Assembly (NCBI GenBank): GCA_012517115.1
Contig: JAAYVP010000023.1
Coordinates: 1 to 47,156, forward strand
Direction of reading: 5' to 3'
Origin: Brooklawnia sp.
Lineage (GTDB): Bacteria > Actinomycetota > Actinomycetes > Propionibacteriales > Propionibacteriaceae
Length of the DNA: 47,156 bases
Shown here: piece by piece, positions 1-9,400 of the stretch
Position numbering within the stretch: the stretch's first letter is position 1
How the letters are laid out: each line of letters starts with the position of its first letter
Translations under genes and position numbers: made by a program
Notes under the pieces: generated by a model
Told to the model about the DNA's origin: nothing
Seen by the model: only the letters and a program-made list of their open reading frames with translations
Databases searched by the model: none

Positions 1-1190
1 CCATGCTTGTCGTGCTCAACGTCTTGGCCCGGCACCCACGTCCGGTCGGCACCGAAACGCCGTTTCATCGTTGGCACTGCCCGCACCACCTGCTCGTCCA
101 CCGGGCCAGGGTCATCACCGGACCAGAAGAGCTCCTCCTGTGCAGCTGTGGTGAAGTTCGCGACACCCACCCCGAGCAGCCGCACACCACCGGGTGTTTC
201 GAGACCGGCCAACAGTTCCCTGGCCACCGAACCGATTCGCTCAGTCGAATCGGTCGCTCCGTCCAGGGTTCGCGAACGCGTCCAGGTGGTGAAGTCGGCC
301 AGGCGCACCTTGATACTGATGGTGCGCGCAAACAGGCCCGACTTTCGTAGCCGCTCGGCGACCGTGGCCGCATCGCGTTCGATCACCGCGACCATCTCCG
401 CGGCGTCGACGAGGTCGGTTGCGAAAGTGTCCTCCACCGAGATCGACTTGGCTTCGCGCAGATGCTGCACCGGCCGATCGTCGCGCGCGAAGGCCAGTTC
501 GTGCAGCGCGGTTCCCGCGGCTTGGCCGAGCTCACGCACCAGTTCCTTCTCGCTGGCGTGCTGCAGATCGGCCACGGTGGCGATGCCGAGCCGCATCAAC
601 CGTTCCAAGGTGGCCGGCCCGACCCCCGGCACCGAACGAACCGGAAGCGCCGAGATCATCTCAAGCTCGGTTCCGGCGGGAACCACCCGCTGGCCGTTCG
701 GCTTGGCCGCCTCGGACGCCAGTTTGGCGATGAACTTGCTCGACCCGACCCCCACCGACGCCTGCAACCCCTCGGTGCGGCTAGCTAACTCGGCCCGTAA
801 CGCGGTCACCAACTCGACGATCTGGGCCAACTCCTCGGCGTCCAGCCCGCCTGCCGCCAAGTCGACATATGCCTCGTCCAGCCCCAGCGGCTCCACCACT
901 GGGCTCAGCTCTGCCAGCAAAGCCATCACGATGCGGCTTGACTGCCAGTAGGCGTCGAAGCGTCCGGCGAGATAAGCAGCATGTGGGGCACGGCGCCTGG
1001 CCTCCGCCGTCGACATGGCCGATCGGACGCCGAAGACCCGCGCCTCGTAGCTGGCGGTCGCAACCACACCCCGACCGCCGATCCCGCCGACGACTACCGG
1101 CTTGCCGCGCAGACTGGGCTTGTCACGCTGCTCAACCCCGGCAAAGAAGGCATCGAGATCGACGTGCAGGATTGATGGCGAGGCCCGCAC
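1..1190 (-). CDS. dinB: DNA polymerase IV (DinB1-like), runs off the left edge of the window
   Basis: Not in the ORF track because there is no stop in the window. Manual translation from GTG 1190 gives RASPSILHVDLDAFFAGVEQRDKPSLRGKPVVVGG...VVATASYEAR.FGVRSAM...EPLGLDEAYVD (Y-family motifs). QEELF clamp-binding-like motif near 125-140; C-terminal WVPGQDVEHDKH extension as in actinobacterial DinB1. Confidence 0.95.
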   Translation of the reverse strand, partial: MRASPSILHVDLDAFFAGVEQRDKPSLRGKPVVVGGIGGRGVVATASYEARVFGVRSAMSTAEARRRAPHAAYLAGRFDAYWQSSRIVMALLAELSPVVEPLGLDEAYVDLAAGGLDAEELAQIVELVTALRAELASRTEGLQASVGVGSSKFIAKLASEAAKPNGQRVVPAGTELEMISALPVRSVPGVGPATLERLMRLGIATVADLQHASEKELVRELGQAAGTALHELAFARDDRPVQHLREAKSISVEDTFATDLVDAAEMVAVIERDAATVAERLRKSGLFARTISIKVRLADFTTWTRSRTLDGATDSTERIGSVARELLAGLETPGGVRLLGVGVANFTTAAQEELFWSGDDPGPVDEQVVRAVPTMKRRFGADRTWVPGQDVEHDKH

Positions 1191-1196
1191 GGCACG

Positions 1197-1697
1197 TCAA
1201 CCCAGGCGGGCGTCACGTTCGTAACGCACAAAGTCGAAGGCGCCGTGCGGCTCGCGCTCGACTTCGATCCAGATCTGGGGGTCGATGTCGGGGAACAGCA
1301 CCCCGCCCTCGGCGTCGGCATGCACCTCGGTGATGTCGAGTTCGTCGACCAGCGGCAGCATTTGATGATAGATCTGTCCCCCGCCGATCACGTAGACCAC
1401 ATCGTCAAGTTGGGACGCCACGTCCAGCGCCTGATCGATCGAAGCCACCGCGACGCCCCGAAGCTGACCGTCTGCGTCCGGCGAGAACGTGACGAGGTCC
1501 GGACTACGGGTGATCACGATGCTGGTGCGGCCGGGCAGCAGGCCCATAGCGTCGTGGGTGCGGCGTCCCATGATCATCGGATGGCCCATGGTGACCCGCT
1601 TGAACCGCGCCCAATCTTCGGGAAACTTGAACGGCTGGTCAGCACCGTCGCCGATGACACCGTTGGCCGCGACGACCGCGATTGCGATGAGCTTCAT
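1197..1697 (-). CDS. folA: Dihydrofolate reductase
   Basis: MKLIAIAVVAANGVIG...FKRVTMGHPMIMGRRT...LPGR...VIGGGQIY; directly downstream of thyA. Start trimmed to ATG 1697. Confidence 0.95.
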   Translation of the reverse strand: MKLIAIAVVAANGVIGDGADQPFKFPEDWARFKRVTMGHPMIMGRRTHDAMGLLPGRTSIVITRSPDLVTFSPDADGQLRGVAVASIDQALDVASQLDDVVYVIGGGQIYHQMLPLVDELDITEVHADAEGGVLFPDIDPQIWIEVEREPHGAFDFVRYERDARLG

Positions 1698-1711
1698 GTC
1701 TGTCCCCCTGA

Positions 1712-2509
1712 TCAGACCGCCACCGGCGCCTTGATCGGCGGGTGCGGGTCGTAGTCGAGCACCTTGATGTCGGCCAGAGTGAAGTCGTCGATGTGGCGCA
1801 CCTCGGGGTTGAGCCACAGCTTCGGCAGCTGACGCGGCTCGCGGCTGAGCAGTTCATTCACCTGGTCAAGGTGGTTGTCGTAGATGTGCGCGTCACCGAA
1901 GACGTGCACGAAGTCGCCCACGTCGAGGTCGCAGACCTGCGCAATCATGTGGGTCAAAGCCGCATACGAAGCGATGTTGAACGGCACACCGAGGAAGAGG
2001 TCGGCGGAACGTTGGTAGAGCTGGCAGCTGAGCTTGCCCTCGGCGACGAAGAACTGGAAGAACGCGTGACAAGGTGGCAGCGCCATCTGCGGGATCTGCC
2101 CGACGTTCCACGCCGAGACGATGTGCCGACGCGAATGAGGATTGGTCTTGATCGCTTCGATGACTTGGCTGATCTGGTCGATGTGGCTGCCGTCTGGGGC
2201 CGGCCAGCTGCGCCACTGGTAGCCGTAGATGGGTCCAAGTTCACCGGTCTGCGGATCGGCCCACTCGTCCCAGATATGCACGTTGTTCTCATGCAACCAG
2301 GCCACGTTCGTGGCTCCCTGCAGGAACCACAGCAGTTCGCCGAAGACCCCGCGGGTGTACACCTTCTTCGTGGTCAGCAACGGGAAGCCCGCCTGCAGAT
2401 CAAACCGCATCTGGTATCCGAAGACGCTGCGCGTCCCGGTGCCGGTGCGGTCGTGCTTGTGCACACCGCCGTCGAGCACGTGGCGCAACAGGTCGTGGTA
2501 CTGCTTCAC
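1712..2509 (-). CDS. thyA: Thymidylate synthase
   Basis: [41 protein letters not shown] motifs. Confidence 0.98.
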   Translation of the reverse strand: MKQYHDLLRHVLDGGVHKHDRTGTGTRSVFGYQMRFDLQAGFPLLTTKKVYTRGVFGELLWFLQGATNVAWLHENNVHIWDEWADPQTGELGPIYGYQWRSWPAPDGSHIDQISQVIEAIKTNPHSRRHIVSAWNVGQIPQMALPPCHAFFQFFVAEGKLSCQLYQRSADLFLGVPFNIASYAALTHMIAQVCDLDVGDFVHVFGDAHIYDNHLDQVNELLSREPRQLPKLWLNPEVRHIDDFTLADIKVLDYDPHPPIKAPVAV

Positions 2510-3153
2510 GAATCTGACTCCGACGGCTCGGCCAGCACTTTCCGCAGCACCGGCACCATGGCGCGCACTGCCTTGCCACGGTGACTAATGGCATCTTTCT
2601 CTTGGGCGGTGAGTTCGGCATTGGTACGCGGCTTGCCCGACGGCGACGGCGGCTGGTCGTCCGCACGGAAGATCGGGTCGTAACCGAACCCCTTGGCTCC
2701 CTTGGCGCCGTGCGCGATCCGGCCGGGCATCTCGCCGCGGGTGGTGAACTCGCGGCCGTCCGGCAGCACCAGCGCCATCACCGCCACGAATTTCGCGGTC
2801 CGCCGCTCGTCGGGGACATCTTCGATTTGTCGCAGCACCAGCTCTAGGTTGGCGACGTCCTCCTGGGCGGGGCCCGCCCACCGGGACGACCGCACCCCCG
2901 GCATCTGGTTCAGCGCGTCGACGCACAGCCCAGAATCGTCGGCCAGCGTCGGGAGGCCGCTGTGCTGGGTGCCAGCCCGTGCCTTTGTCAGCGCGTTGCC
3001 CTCGAACGTCCACTCGGTCTCGGCCGGTTCCGGGAAGTCGCCCACGTCGGCAAGCGCAAGCACGTCAATCGCGAGGCCTTGCTCGGCAATGATGCGACGC
3101 AATTCAGCCAGCTTCTTGACATTGTTGGTGGCCAACAACAACTGTTTGTTCAC
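2506..3153 (-). CDS. rdgB: Non-canonical purine NTP pyrophosphatase (RdgB/HAM1)
   Basis: [33 protein letters not shown]; follows rph. Confidence 0.96.
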   Translation of the reverse strand: MNKQLLLATNNVKKLAELRRIIAEQGLAIDVLALADVGDFPEPAETEWTFEGNALTKARAGTQHSGLPTLADDSGLCVDALNQMPGVRSSRWAGPAQEDVANLELVLRQIEDVPDERRTAKFVAVMALVLPDGREFTTRGEMPGRIAHGAKGAKGFGYDPIFRADDQPPSPSGKPRTNAELTAQEKDAISHRGKAVRAMVPVLRKVLAEPSESDS

Positions 3154-3890
3154 GCTGTTATCCCTTTCGACAAGGCATCCTGCTGCAGCAACACGAGCTC
3201 GGCGCAGCCCCGCTGGCCCAGGTCGAGCAACTCGTCCAGTTGTCCACGGTTGAACGGTGCGCCCTCGGCGGTGCCCTGTACCTCGATGAACTCGCCGGTG
3301 CCGGCGCAGACGATGTTCATGTCGACCTCGGCGTTGACGTCCTCGTCATAGCACAGGTCGAGCAGCGGCCGACCGCCCACGACGCCGACGCTGATCGCCG
3401 AAACCGACCCGGTCAACGGTTCGCCAGCCAGCAGGCTGCGTGCCCGCAACCAGTCGACTGCGTCCGAAAGTGCCACGTACGCTCCTGTGATGGACGCGGT
3501 GCGCGTGCCGCCGTCGGCCTGCAGCACGTCGCAGTCGATGACGATGGTGTTCTCACCGAGAGCGGTGTAGTCGATGATGCCGCGTAGCGAGCGGCCGATC
3601 AGCCGGCTGATCTCATGCGTGCGACCACCGACGCGTCCCCGGCGTGACTCACGCTCGCTACGAGTGTTGGTGGCACGCGGCAGCATCTCGTACTCGCTGG
3701 TCACCCAACCGAGCCCGGACCCCTTGCGCCACCTGGGCACACCCTCGGTGACCGACGCCGCCACCAAAACGCGGGTCCGGCCGAACTCGACCAAGACCGA
3801 TCCCTCGGCGTGGTCGAGCCAGCCACGGGTGAACTTCACCTGACGCAGTTCGTCCGGGCGGCGTCCATCGATTCTCTTAGCTTCAGGCAC
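3150..3890 (-). CDS. rph: Ribonuclease PH
   Basis: [44 protein letters not shown]. Confidence 0.98.
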   Translation of the reverse strand: MPEAKRIDGRRPDELRQVKFTRGWLDHAEGSVLVEFGRTRVLVAASVTEGVPRWRKGSGLGWVTSEYEMLPRATNTRSERESRRGRVGGRTHEISRLIGRSLRGIIDYTALGENTIVIDCDVLQADGGTRTASITGAYVALSDAVDWLRARSLLAGEPLTGSVSAISVGVVGGRPLLDLCYDEDVNAEVDMNIVCAGTGEFIEVQGTAEGAPFNRGQLDELLDLGQRGCAELVLLQQDALSKGITA

Positions 3891-3921
3891 GCCCCCGAGC
3901 CTACTGTCTCCTCGATGAAAC

Positions 3922-4578
3922 TCACTCAGCGATGATGACGTGCAGCGTGCGCGGGCCGTGCACCCCCTCTACTCGGCTCAGCTCAATGTCGCTGGTCGCG
4001 CTGCCACCGCTGATCCAGGTCAACGGCTGACCGGCCAGCACAGCTGGCTTCAACCGCGCCACCGCCTCGGGGACACCCGACACGACCTGGTCGGCGCGCA
4101 CCACGCAGATGTGCACGTCAGGCACCAGGGTGAGGGCACGTCGTCCTTGATCAGCGGTGTGGTCGAGCATGATGGTACCGGTCTCGGCCGTGCCCACTGC
4201 GGCCGCAGTGACCACCGCATCGATCTCGTTCAGCTCGGTGTTGGTGAGCGGAGCCTCCGGTTGTTCGACGTGCAGCTGCATGCCGGACTGCGTGATCGCC
4301 TGGCGCCAACCGTCGTCCAGGCCAGGTGGGACGACCACTGAAGTCACCTTCGCGGCCTGCAGCCCCTGCACAATGGCCTCGGGGACCTTCGCCTGCGAAC
4401 ACCGCACCACGGCGGCCTTGTAATCTGCCACCCGCTCGGCGAAGATGTCCAAGACATCGCCCACTTCGACCGGCTGGCCGTATTGCCAATCGATCGGGGC
4501 GTCCGCCTCGATCTCGCCTGTCGGCACGTCGCGCAGCGCCATGCGTACCCTGGCCAGGATCTCGTCCTTCGCGTTCAC
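3922..4578 (-). CDS. lutC: Lactate utilisation protein C (LUD domain)
   Basis: [39 protein letters not shown]; GTG 4578 overlaps the lutB stop. Confidence 0.92.
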   Translation of the reverse strand: MNAKDEILARVRMALRDVPTGEIEADAPIDWQYGQPVEVGDVLDIFAERVADYKAAVVRCSQAKVPEAIVQGLQAAKVTSVVVPPGLDDGWRQAITQSGMQLHVEQPEAPLTNTELNEIDAVVTAAAVGTAETGTIMLDHTADQGRRALTLVPDVHICVVRADQVVSGVPEAVARLKPAVLAGQPLTWISGGSATSDIELSRVEGVHGPRTLHVIIAE

Positions 4579-6116
4579 TTCTGGTCTCCTCGGTTCTGCT
4601 TCCACCAGCGGCGGAACGTCTGTTCGGGCAACATCGGCACGTCGCGAGCACTCGTCCAGCGCGACAGCGGGGCAGGCATCGCGCCGAACTTCTCGATCCC
4701 CAGCATCTTGCCGAGGACCACCGAACCCATCATCGTGCCGAGCCCGGCCCACTCCAGGTGCTTGTGATCGGCCATAACCCAGGAGGCGGCCTTGATCAGC
4801 TGCGGCTCAGCGGTGTGCGGGATGTGCGGCGGATCGGCCTTCTTCGCCTCCACCACCTTGTGCCGCTCGTGCACCAGGAGGTCGGAGATCGGGATCCGCA
4901 CCGGACAAACCTCGTTGCATGCCCCACACAGGCTGGAGGCGAACGGCAGCGACCGGTCGACCTCGGACGCGGTCCCCCGCAGCTGCGGATTCAGGATGGC
5001 CCCGATCGGCCCGGGGTAGACCGAACCGTAGGCGTGGCCGCCAGCACGCTCGTAGACCGGGCAGATGTTCAGGCACGCCGAGCAGCGGATGCAGCGCAGC
5101 GCAGCGCGTCCGATCGGATCAGCCAAGGCCTTGGTCCGGCCGTTGTCGACCAGCACCAAGTGGATCGCCTGCGGCCCATCGCCGGGCGTGACACCGGTCC
5201 ACACGCTGGTGTATGGGTTCATCCGCTCACCAGTGGAGCTGCGTGGCAGCAACTGCAGGAAGACCTCAAGGTCGTCGAAGGTCGGGACCAGCTTCTCGAT
5301 ACCCACCACCGAGATCAGGGTTTGCGGCAGGGTCAGGCACATCCGCCCGTTGCCTTCCGACTCGACCACGACCAGTGAGCCGGTTTCGGCGACCAGGAAG
5401 TTGGCGCCCGATGTCGACACCTTGGCCCGCATGAACTTGTTACGGAGATGTGTGCGGGCGGCGGCAGCCAGATGAGCCGGCTCATCGTCTAGGCCCTCGG
5501 GCGCGGGCGTGCCGTAGCGTCCCATCTCCTCCAGGAAGATTTCGCGCACTTCTGCCCGGTTGCGATGGATGGCCGGCACGAGGATGTGGCTGGGTCGATC
5601 GTGCCCGAGTTGGACGATGAGTTCCGCGAGGTCGGTCTCCCAGGCAGCGATCCCGGCCGCCTCCAGCGCCTCGTTCATATCGATTTCCTGGGTGACCATC
5701 GACTTGACCTTGACCAGTTCATCCTCACCGGTCTGCCGCACCAGGTCGATGACGATCCGGTTCGCCTCCTCGGCGTCGCGTGCCCAGTGGAGGACGCCGC
5801 CGGCCTTGGTGAAGTTCTCCTCGAACTGCAGCAGGTAGTCGGGCATGTGGCGTCCCACGCGAGTCTTGATCTGCTCACCTGCTTGTCGCAACTCTTGCCA
5901 GTTGTCGAGTTCGGCGACCACACGGGCCCGCTTGCCGCGGATGGTAGTGGTGGCATGGCGCAGGTTCGCTCGTTGCTGCTGGTTCGCCAAGGCGACCTTG
6001 ACTGCCTCTTGAAACCTCGGAGAATCGATCAGATCACCGGCGGGCGGTGCCGGGGTGCGGCGAGCCGGTTCCGCATCATGACGTGCCCGTGATCCTCGGC
6101 TGACATCGGTGCTCAT
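4575..6116 (-). CDS. lutB: Lactate utilisation Fe-S protein B (LutB/LldF)
   Basis: KSMVTQEI, ETDLAELIVQL, PSHILVPAIH, SEGNGR, CIRCSACLNICP, SSLCGACNEVCP. Confidence 0.96.
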   Translation of the reverse strand: MSTDVSRGSRARHDAEPARRTPAPPAGDLIDSPRFQEAVKVALANQQQRANLRHATTTIRGKRARVVAELDNWQELRQAGEQIKTRVGRHMPDYLLQFEENFTKAGGVLHWARDAEEANRIVIDLVRQTGEDELVKVKSMVTQEIDMNEALEAAGIAAWETDLAELIVQLGHDRPSHILVPAIHRNRAEVREIFLEEMGRYGTPAPEGLDDEPAHLAAAARTHLRNKFMRAKVSTSGANFLVAETGSLVVVESEGNGRMCLTLPQTLISVVGIEKLVPTFDDLEVFLQLLPRSSTGERMNPYTSVWTGVTPGDGPQAIHLVLVDNGRTKALADPIGRAALRCIRCSACLNICPVYERAGGHAYGSVYPGPIGAILNPQLRGTASEVDRSLPFASSLCGACNEVCPVRIPISDLLVHERHKVVEAKKADPPHIPHTAEPQLIKAASWVMADHKHLEWAGLGTMMGSVVLGKMLGIEKFGAMPAPLSRWTSARDVPMLPEQTFRRWWKQNRGDQK

Positions 6117-6880
6117 CAGTTTCCCCCTTCTGTGCGGGCCAGGATCTCAACCAAATGGATCGGTTTGATCCCGGCGCGAGTGCGGTTCAGGACGCCCGAG
6201 ATATTCAGCAAACACAGGTTGTCGCCCGCCACCAGATACTCGGCGCCGGTGCTGGCCACGTTCCTCGCCTTGTCGCCGGCCATCGCCATCGACATATCTG
6301 GGTTCTTCAACGAGAAGGTGCCGCCCATGCCGCAGCACTGCTCGGAGTTGGGCAGATCCAGCACGGTGATGCCGCGCACCGCCTTCAACAGTTGCAGTGG
6401 CTTGTCTCCCACCTTGGCGACGCGAACCGAGTGGCAGGACGGGTGATAGGTCACCCGGTGCGGAAAATAGGCGCCGACGTCGGTGATGCCGAGCACGTCG
6501 ACGATGAACTCGCTGATGTCGTAAGTGCGGGCGGCCACAGCGGCCACCCGGTCGCCGATCGCGTCCCCCGCGTCGCGACGAGCCAGCATCTCGTGTTGGT
6601 GACGAACCGAACCGACGCACGAGCCTGATGGCCCGACGATGAACTCGTACTTCTCAAACGCCTTCAGATAGTTCTTCACCGAACCCATGGCTTCGTCGTA
6701 GTAGCCGGTGTTGGTGAAGATCTGGCCACAGCAGGTCTGCTCCTCAGGAAACTCGACGCGACAACCGAGTCGCTCCAACAGTTCCACGGTCGCAATCGGG
6801 GATTGGGGGAACATCAGATCATTGGCACAAGTCGCGAACAGCGCGACCTTCAGACCCTTTCGGGTAATGGTGGCTGTCAT
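6116..6880 (-). CDS. lutA: Lactate utilisation protein A (CCG-domain Fe-S oxidoreductase)
   Basis: ALFATC, QTCCGQ, PSGSC, YHPSCH, QCCGMGGTFS; AGGAGG RBS upstream. Confidence 0.95.
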   Translation of the reverse strand: MTATITRKGLKVALFATCANDLMFPQSPIATVELLERLGCRVEFPEEQTCCGQIFTNTGYYDEAMGSVKNYLKAFEKYEFIVGPSGSCVGSVRHQHEMLARRDAGDAIGDRVAAVAARTYDISEFIVDVLGITDVGAYFPHRVTYHPSCHSVRVAKVGDKPLQLLKAVRGITVLDLPNSEQCCGMGGTFSLKNPDMSMAMAGDKARNVASTGAEYLVAGDNLCLLNISGVLNRTRAGIKPIHLVEILARTEGGN

Positions 6881-6913
6881 GAATAACCTCCTCCTTGAGG
6901 CTTATAAGACGTG

Positions 6914-8521
6914 CTACGGAACCATCCAACCAAGTACTGGGGTGGATTGCAGGCCAACCAACAGACACAGCGCGATCAGCAGGGCCACGCTCCAGGGCAG
7001 CGCCTTGCGCAGCATGTCGGATTCCTTCCCCGCCACTGCGGTGGCCGCGATGGCCAGGGTTTGTGGGCTGAGCATCTTCCCGACCGCGCCGCCGACGGTG
7101 TTCGCCGCCACCAGCAGCTTGGGATCGACGCCGATGCCCTCGGCGGCAGTCTGTTGCAAGGACGCGAACAGTGCGGTCGCCGAGGTCCCCGAGCCGGTCA
7201 CTGCGGTCCCGATCCAGCCCAGGATCGGCGCCAGGAAGGCGAAGACGGCACCGGCGCCGGCGATCCAGTGCCCGATGGTCAGTGTCTGTCCGGACAGGTT
7301 CATCACGTAGGCAAGGGCGAGCACCGAAGCGATCGTCAGGAAGGTCCACCGCAGTTTGAAGACTTGGGTGGCAAACACCCGAGCAATCGTCCGCACCGGC
7401 AACCGGTAGGTCAAGCCAATGACCACCGCAGTGATCAACAGCAACGTACCTGGCGAACTCAGCCAGCCAAAGGTGAAGGTCGCAGAGGCCGATGGATCCC
7501 CGTCTGAGGTCAAGACCATGTTCTGCTCGCCCCGCCACAGCCCCGGCCATCCGAAGACCAGGTCGGTGCCGCTCAACCACTGCTTCACCGGCGCCATCAG
7601 CTGGGTCACCCCGAAGACCAGGATGATCAGTAGGTAGGGATACAGCGCCCAGGCAACCCGGCTCGCACTGACCGGGGTAGTTTCAACTTCTTCCCCGGCG
7701 CTGCCGCCCGGCCGCCAGATGCGCAGCATCACCACACCGATAGCCATGCTGCCCAGACCGGCGATCATGTTGGTGAGTTCCACCGAAATGAAGTTGGCGC
7801 TCAACCAGGTGATCGCGGCGTAGCTCACGCCGACCACCAACGCGAACGGCCACACCTCGCGAAGCCCACGCCAACCGTCCATGATGAACAGCAGCAGCAG
7901 CGGAACCACCCAGACCAGCGCAGAAGTCTGGGCAGCCACCGTCGCACCGATCTCGCCATAGTCGATATTGGTCAACCGACCACCGGTGATGATCGGTGTC
8001 GCGATCGCCCCGAAGGGCACCGCGAAGGTGTTGCCGACCAGCACAGTGACCGCTGCCTTCATCGGCGGGAAACCGATCGCCACCAGCATCACACCTACTA
8101 TGGCGACCGGCGCACCGAAGCCTGCGAGCGCCTCCAACACAGCGCAGAAGCAGAACGCCAGCAGCACCCCGAGCACTCTGGTGTCGGGCGAAATCCCGTT
8201 GAAGGTGCTCATCAGGTCGTCATGATGGCCGGACGCCACAGTGAGTTCGAACAAGAAGATGGCTGTCAACACGATCCAGGTGATCGGGAAGATGCCGAAG
8301 GCCGCGCCTTCGGTCGCCGAGGCGATCGCGATCCCGACCGGCATGCCGAACGCGGCGACGGCAAGCACCAGGGCCACTGCCAGACCGGTCAAGCAGGCCC
8401 AGTGTGCCTTCCACTTCAACACGCCCAAACAGATGAATACTGCCAGCAGCGGCAACAGCGCCACCATTGCCGATAGCGCGAGGCTGCCGTTGACCGGCGC
8501 GAGGTCTGGCTGAAATGGCAT
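6914..8521 (-). CDS. lctP: Lactate permease (LctP/LutP family)
   Basis: Highly hydrophobic 535 aa; LEALAGFGAPVAI, LGWIGTAVTGSGTS, ANTVGGAVGKMLSPQ; heads the lutABC operon. Confidence 0.93.
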   Translation of the reverse strand: MPFQPDLAPVNGSLALSAMVALLPLLAVFICLGVLKWKAHWACLTGLAVALVLAVAAFGMPVGIAIASATEGAAFGIFPITWIVLTAIFLFELTVASGHHDDLMSTFNGISPDTRVLGVLLAFCFCAVLEALAGFGAPVAIVGVMLVAIGFPPMKAAVTVLVGNTFAVPFGAIATPIITGGRLTNIDYGEIGATVAAQTSALVWVVPLLLLFIMDGWRGLREVWPFALVVGVSYAAITWLSANFISVELTNMIAGLGSMAIGVVMLRIWRPGGSAGEEVETTPVSASRVAWALYPYLLIILVFGVTQLMAPVKQWLSGTDLVFGWPGLWRGEQNMVLTSDGDPSASATFTFGWLSSPGTLLLITAVVIGLTYRLPVRTIARVFATQVFKLRWTFLTIASVLALAYVMNLSGQTLTIGHWIAGAGAVFAFLAPILGWIGTAVTGSGTSATALFASLQQTAAEGIGVDPKLLVAANTVGGAVGKMLSPQTLAIAATAVAGKESDMLRKALPWSVALLIALCLLVGLQSTPVLGWMVP

Positions 8522-8563
8522 CGGATGACTTCCTTGTTATCCATGATGACTGAGGGTGCTTAA

Positions 8564-8593
8564 AGTATCCGTTAATGGTCTGACCAATGTCAA
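8564..8593 (-). promoter_or_regulatory. Putative housekeeping-sigma promoter of lctP-lutABC (TTGACA-N18-GATACT)
   Basis: Perfect TTGACA at 8593-8588, 18 nt spacer, -10-like GATACT at 8569-8564. The operator lies in the spacer. Confidence 0.6.
8576..8586. promoter_or_regulatory. LldR/FadR-type operator TGGTCTGACCA
   Basis: Perfect 5-1-5 palindrome between the divergent lctP and regulator genes; fits the FadR-family TNGT-N3-ACNA pattern. Confidence 0.8.
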
Positions 8594-8611
8594 GCGAACT
8601 CGGAGGAAGTT

Positions 8612-8622
8612 CGGTCAGGCCA
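8612..8622. promoter_or_regulatory. Degenerate LldR-type operator CGGTCAGGCCA
   Basis: 9/11 match to TGGTCAGACCA, 1 nt upstream of the TAGGCT -10 (8624-8629) of the regulator gene. Confidence 0.55.
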
Positions 8623-8635
8623 TTAGGCTGCATCC

Positions 8636-9328
8636 ATGAAGGCGTACGAGGCGGTGCTGGCCCACATTGAGCAACAGATCCTGTCCGGCAAACTGGTCGT
8701 GGGCTCGGTCCTGACACCCGAACGCGACCTAGCCCAGCAACTCGGCGTGAGCCGCACCGCGGTCCGCGAAGCGCTGCGGACCCTGCAGGCGCAGGGCCTG
8801 ATCACCTCCCAAGTCGGTGCAGGCCCGAATTCAGGCACCCGAATTGCCGACGCCCACTCCCCCGCCCTCGGCAAACTCCTGCAGATGCATGTCGCACTAT
8901 CCCAGTTCCCGATCGACGATGTGGTCGATGCTCGCATCATGCTGGAACGTCGGAACGTCGAACTGGCTGCCGCCCATGCCAGTCTCGAAGACCTAGCCAA
9001 GTTAGGTATCGTGCTCGCCTCGATGGAGGATCCCCAGATCGGTCTGGACCAGTTCAACCGGCTCGACACCGCCTTCCACGTGGGAATCGCCGAACTGGGC
9101 GGCAACCAGTTGGTGATCGTGCTGACGACTGCGGTGCGCCAGGCACTGGCCGGCCCCATCAAGCAGGCGAGCATGAAACTGACCGACTATGCGACGTTCC
9201 GCGCCGACCTGATCCGCCAGCACAGAGGTGTCTTCGAGGCGGTCGCCAGTCGCGAACCTGCACGCGCCGCAGATCTGATCGAGGAACACATCCGGCATGC
9301 CTACTCGATTCTGCCGATGCCGCGATGA
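8636..9328 (+). CDS. GntR/FadR-family transcriptional regulator (LldR/LutR-like)
   Basis: N-terminal wHTH PERDLAQQLGVSRTAVREAL, FCD domain (DTAFH...H); divergent from the lactate operon. Confidence 0.93.
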   Translation: MKAYEAVLAHIEQQILSGKLVVGSVLTPERDLAQQLGVSRTAVREALRTLQAQGLITSQVGAGPNSGTRIADAHSPALGKLLQMHVALSQFPIDDVVDARIMLERRNVELAAAHASLEDLAKLGIVLASMEDPQIGLDQFNRLDTAFHVGIAELGGNQLVIVLTTAVRQALAGPIKQASMKLTDYATFRADLIRQHRGVFEAVASREPARAADLIEEHIRHAYSILPMPR

Positions 9329-9367
9329 CCCCCCCCCGGGCGTTCAGAGGCGCATCCGGATTCGCTA

Positions 9368-9378
9368 TGGTCTAACCA
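9368..9378. promoter_or_regulatory. LldR-type operator TGGTCTAACCA overlapping a TATGGT -10
   Basis: 10/11 match to the 8576 palindrome; upstream of AGGAG (9389-9393) and ATG 9401. Confidence 0.7.
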
Positions 9379-9400
9379 CTCAGCGATCAGGAGTAAGCCA

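Noticed and set aside
7-951. Long plus-strand ORF, and similar antisense ORFs opposite thyA, tal, uvrA, rpsA, polA and pyk
   Set aside because: Shadow frames of real high-GC genes; no recognisable motifs.
8595-8613. CGAACT-N7-AGTTCG inverted repeat resembling an SOS box
   Set aside because: GAAC and GTTC are 9 nt apart rather than the 4 required for LexA, and the context is metabolic.
9329-9337. C9 homopolymer after the regulator stop
   Set aside because: Intergenic and upstream of the downstream promoter elements; no evidence for phase variation.
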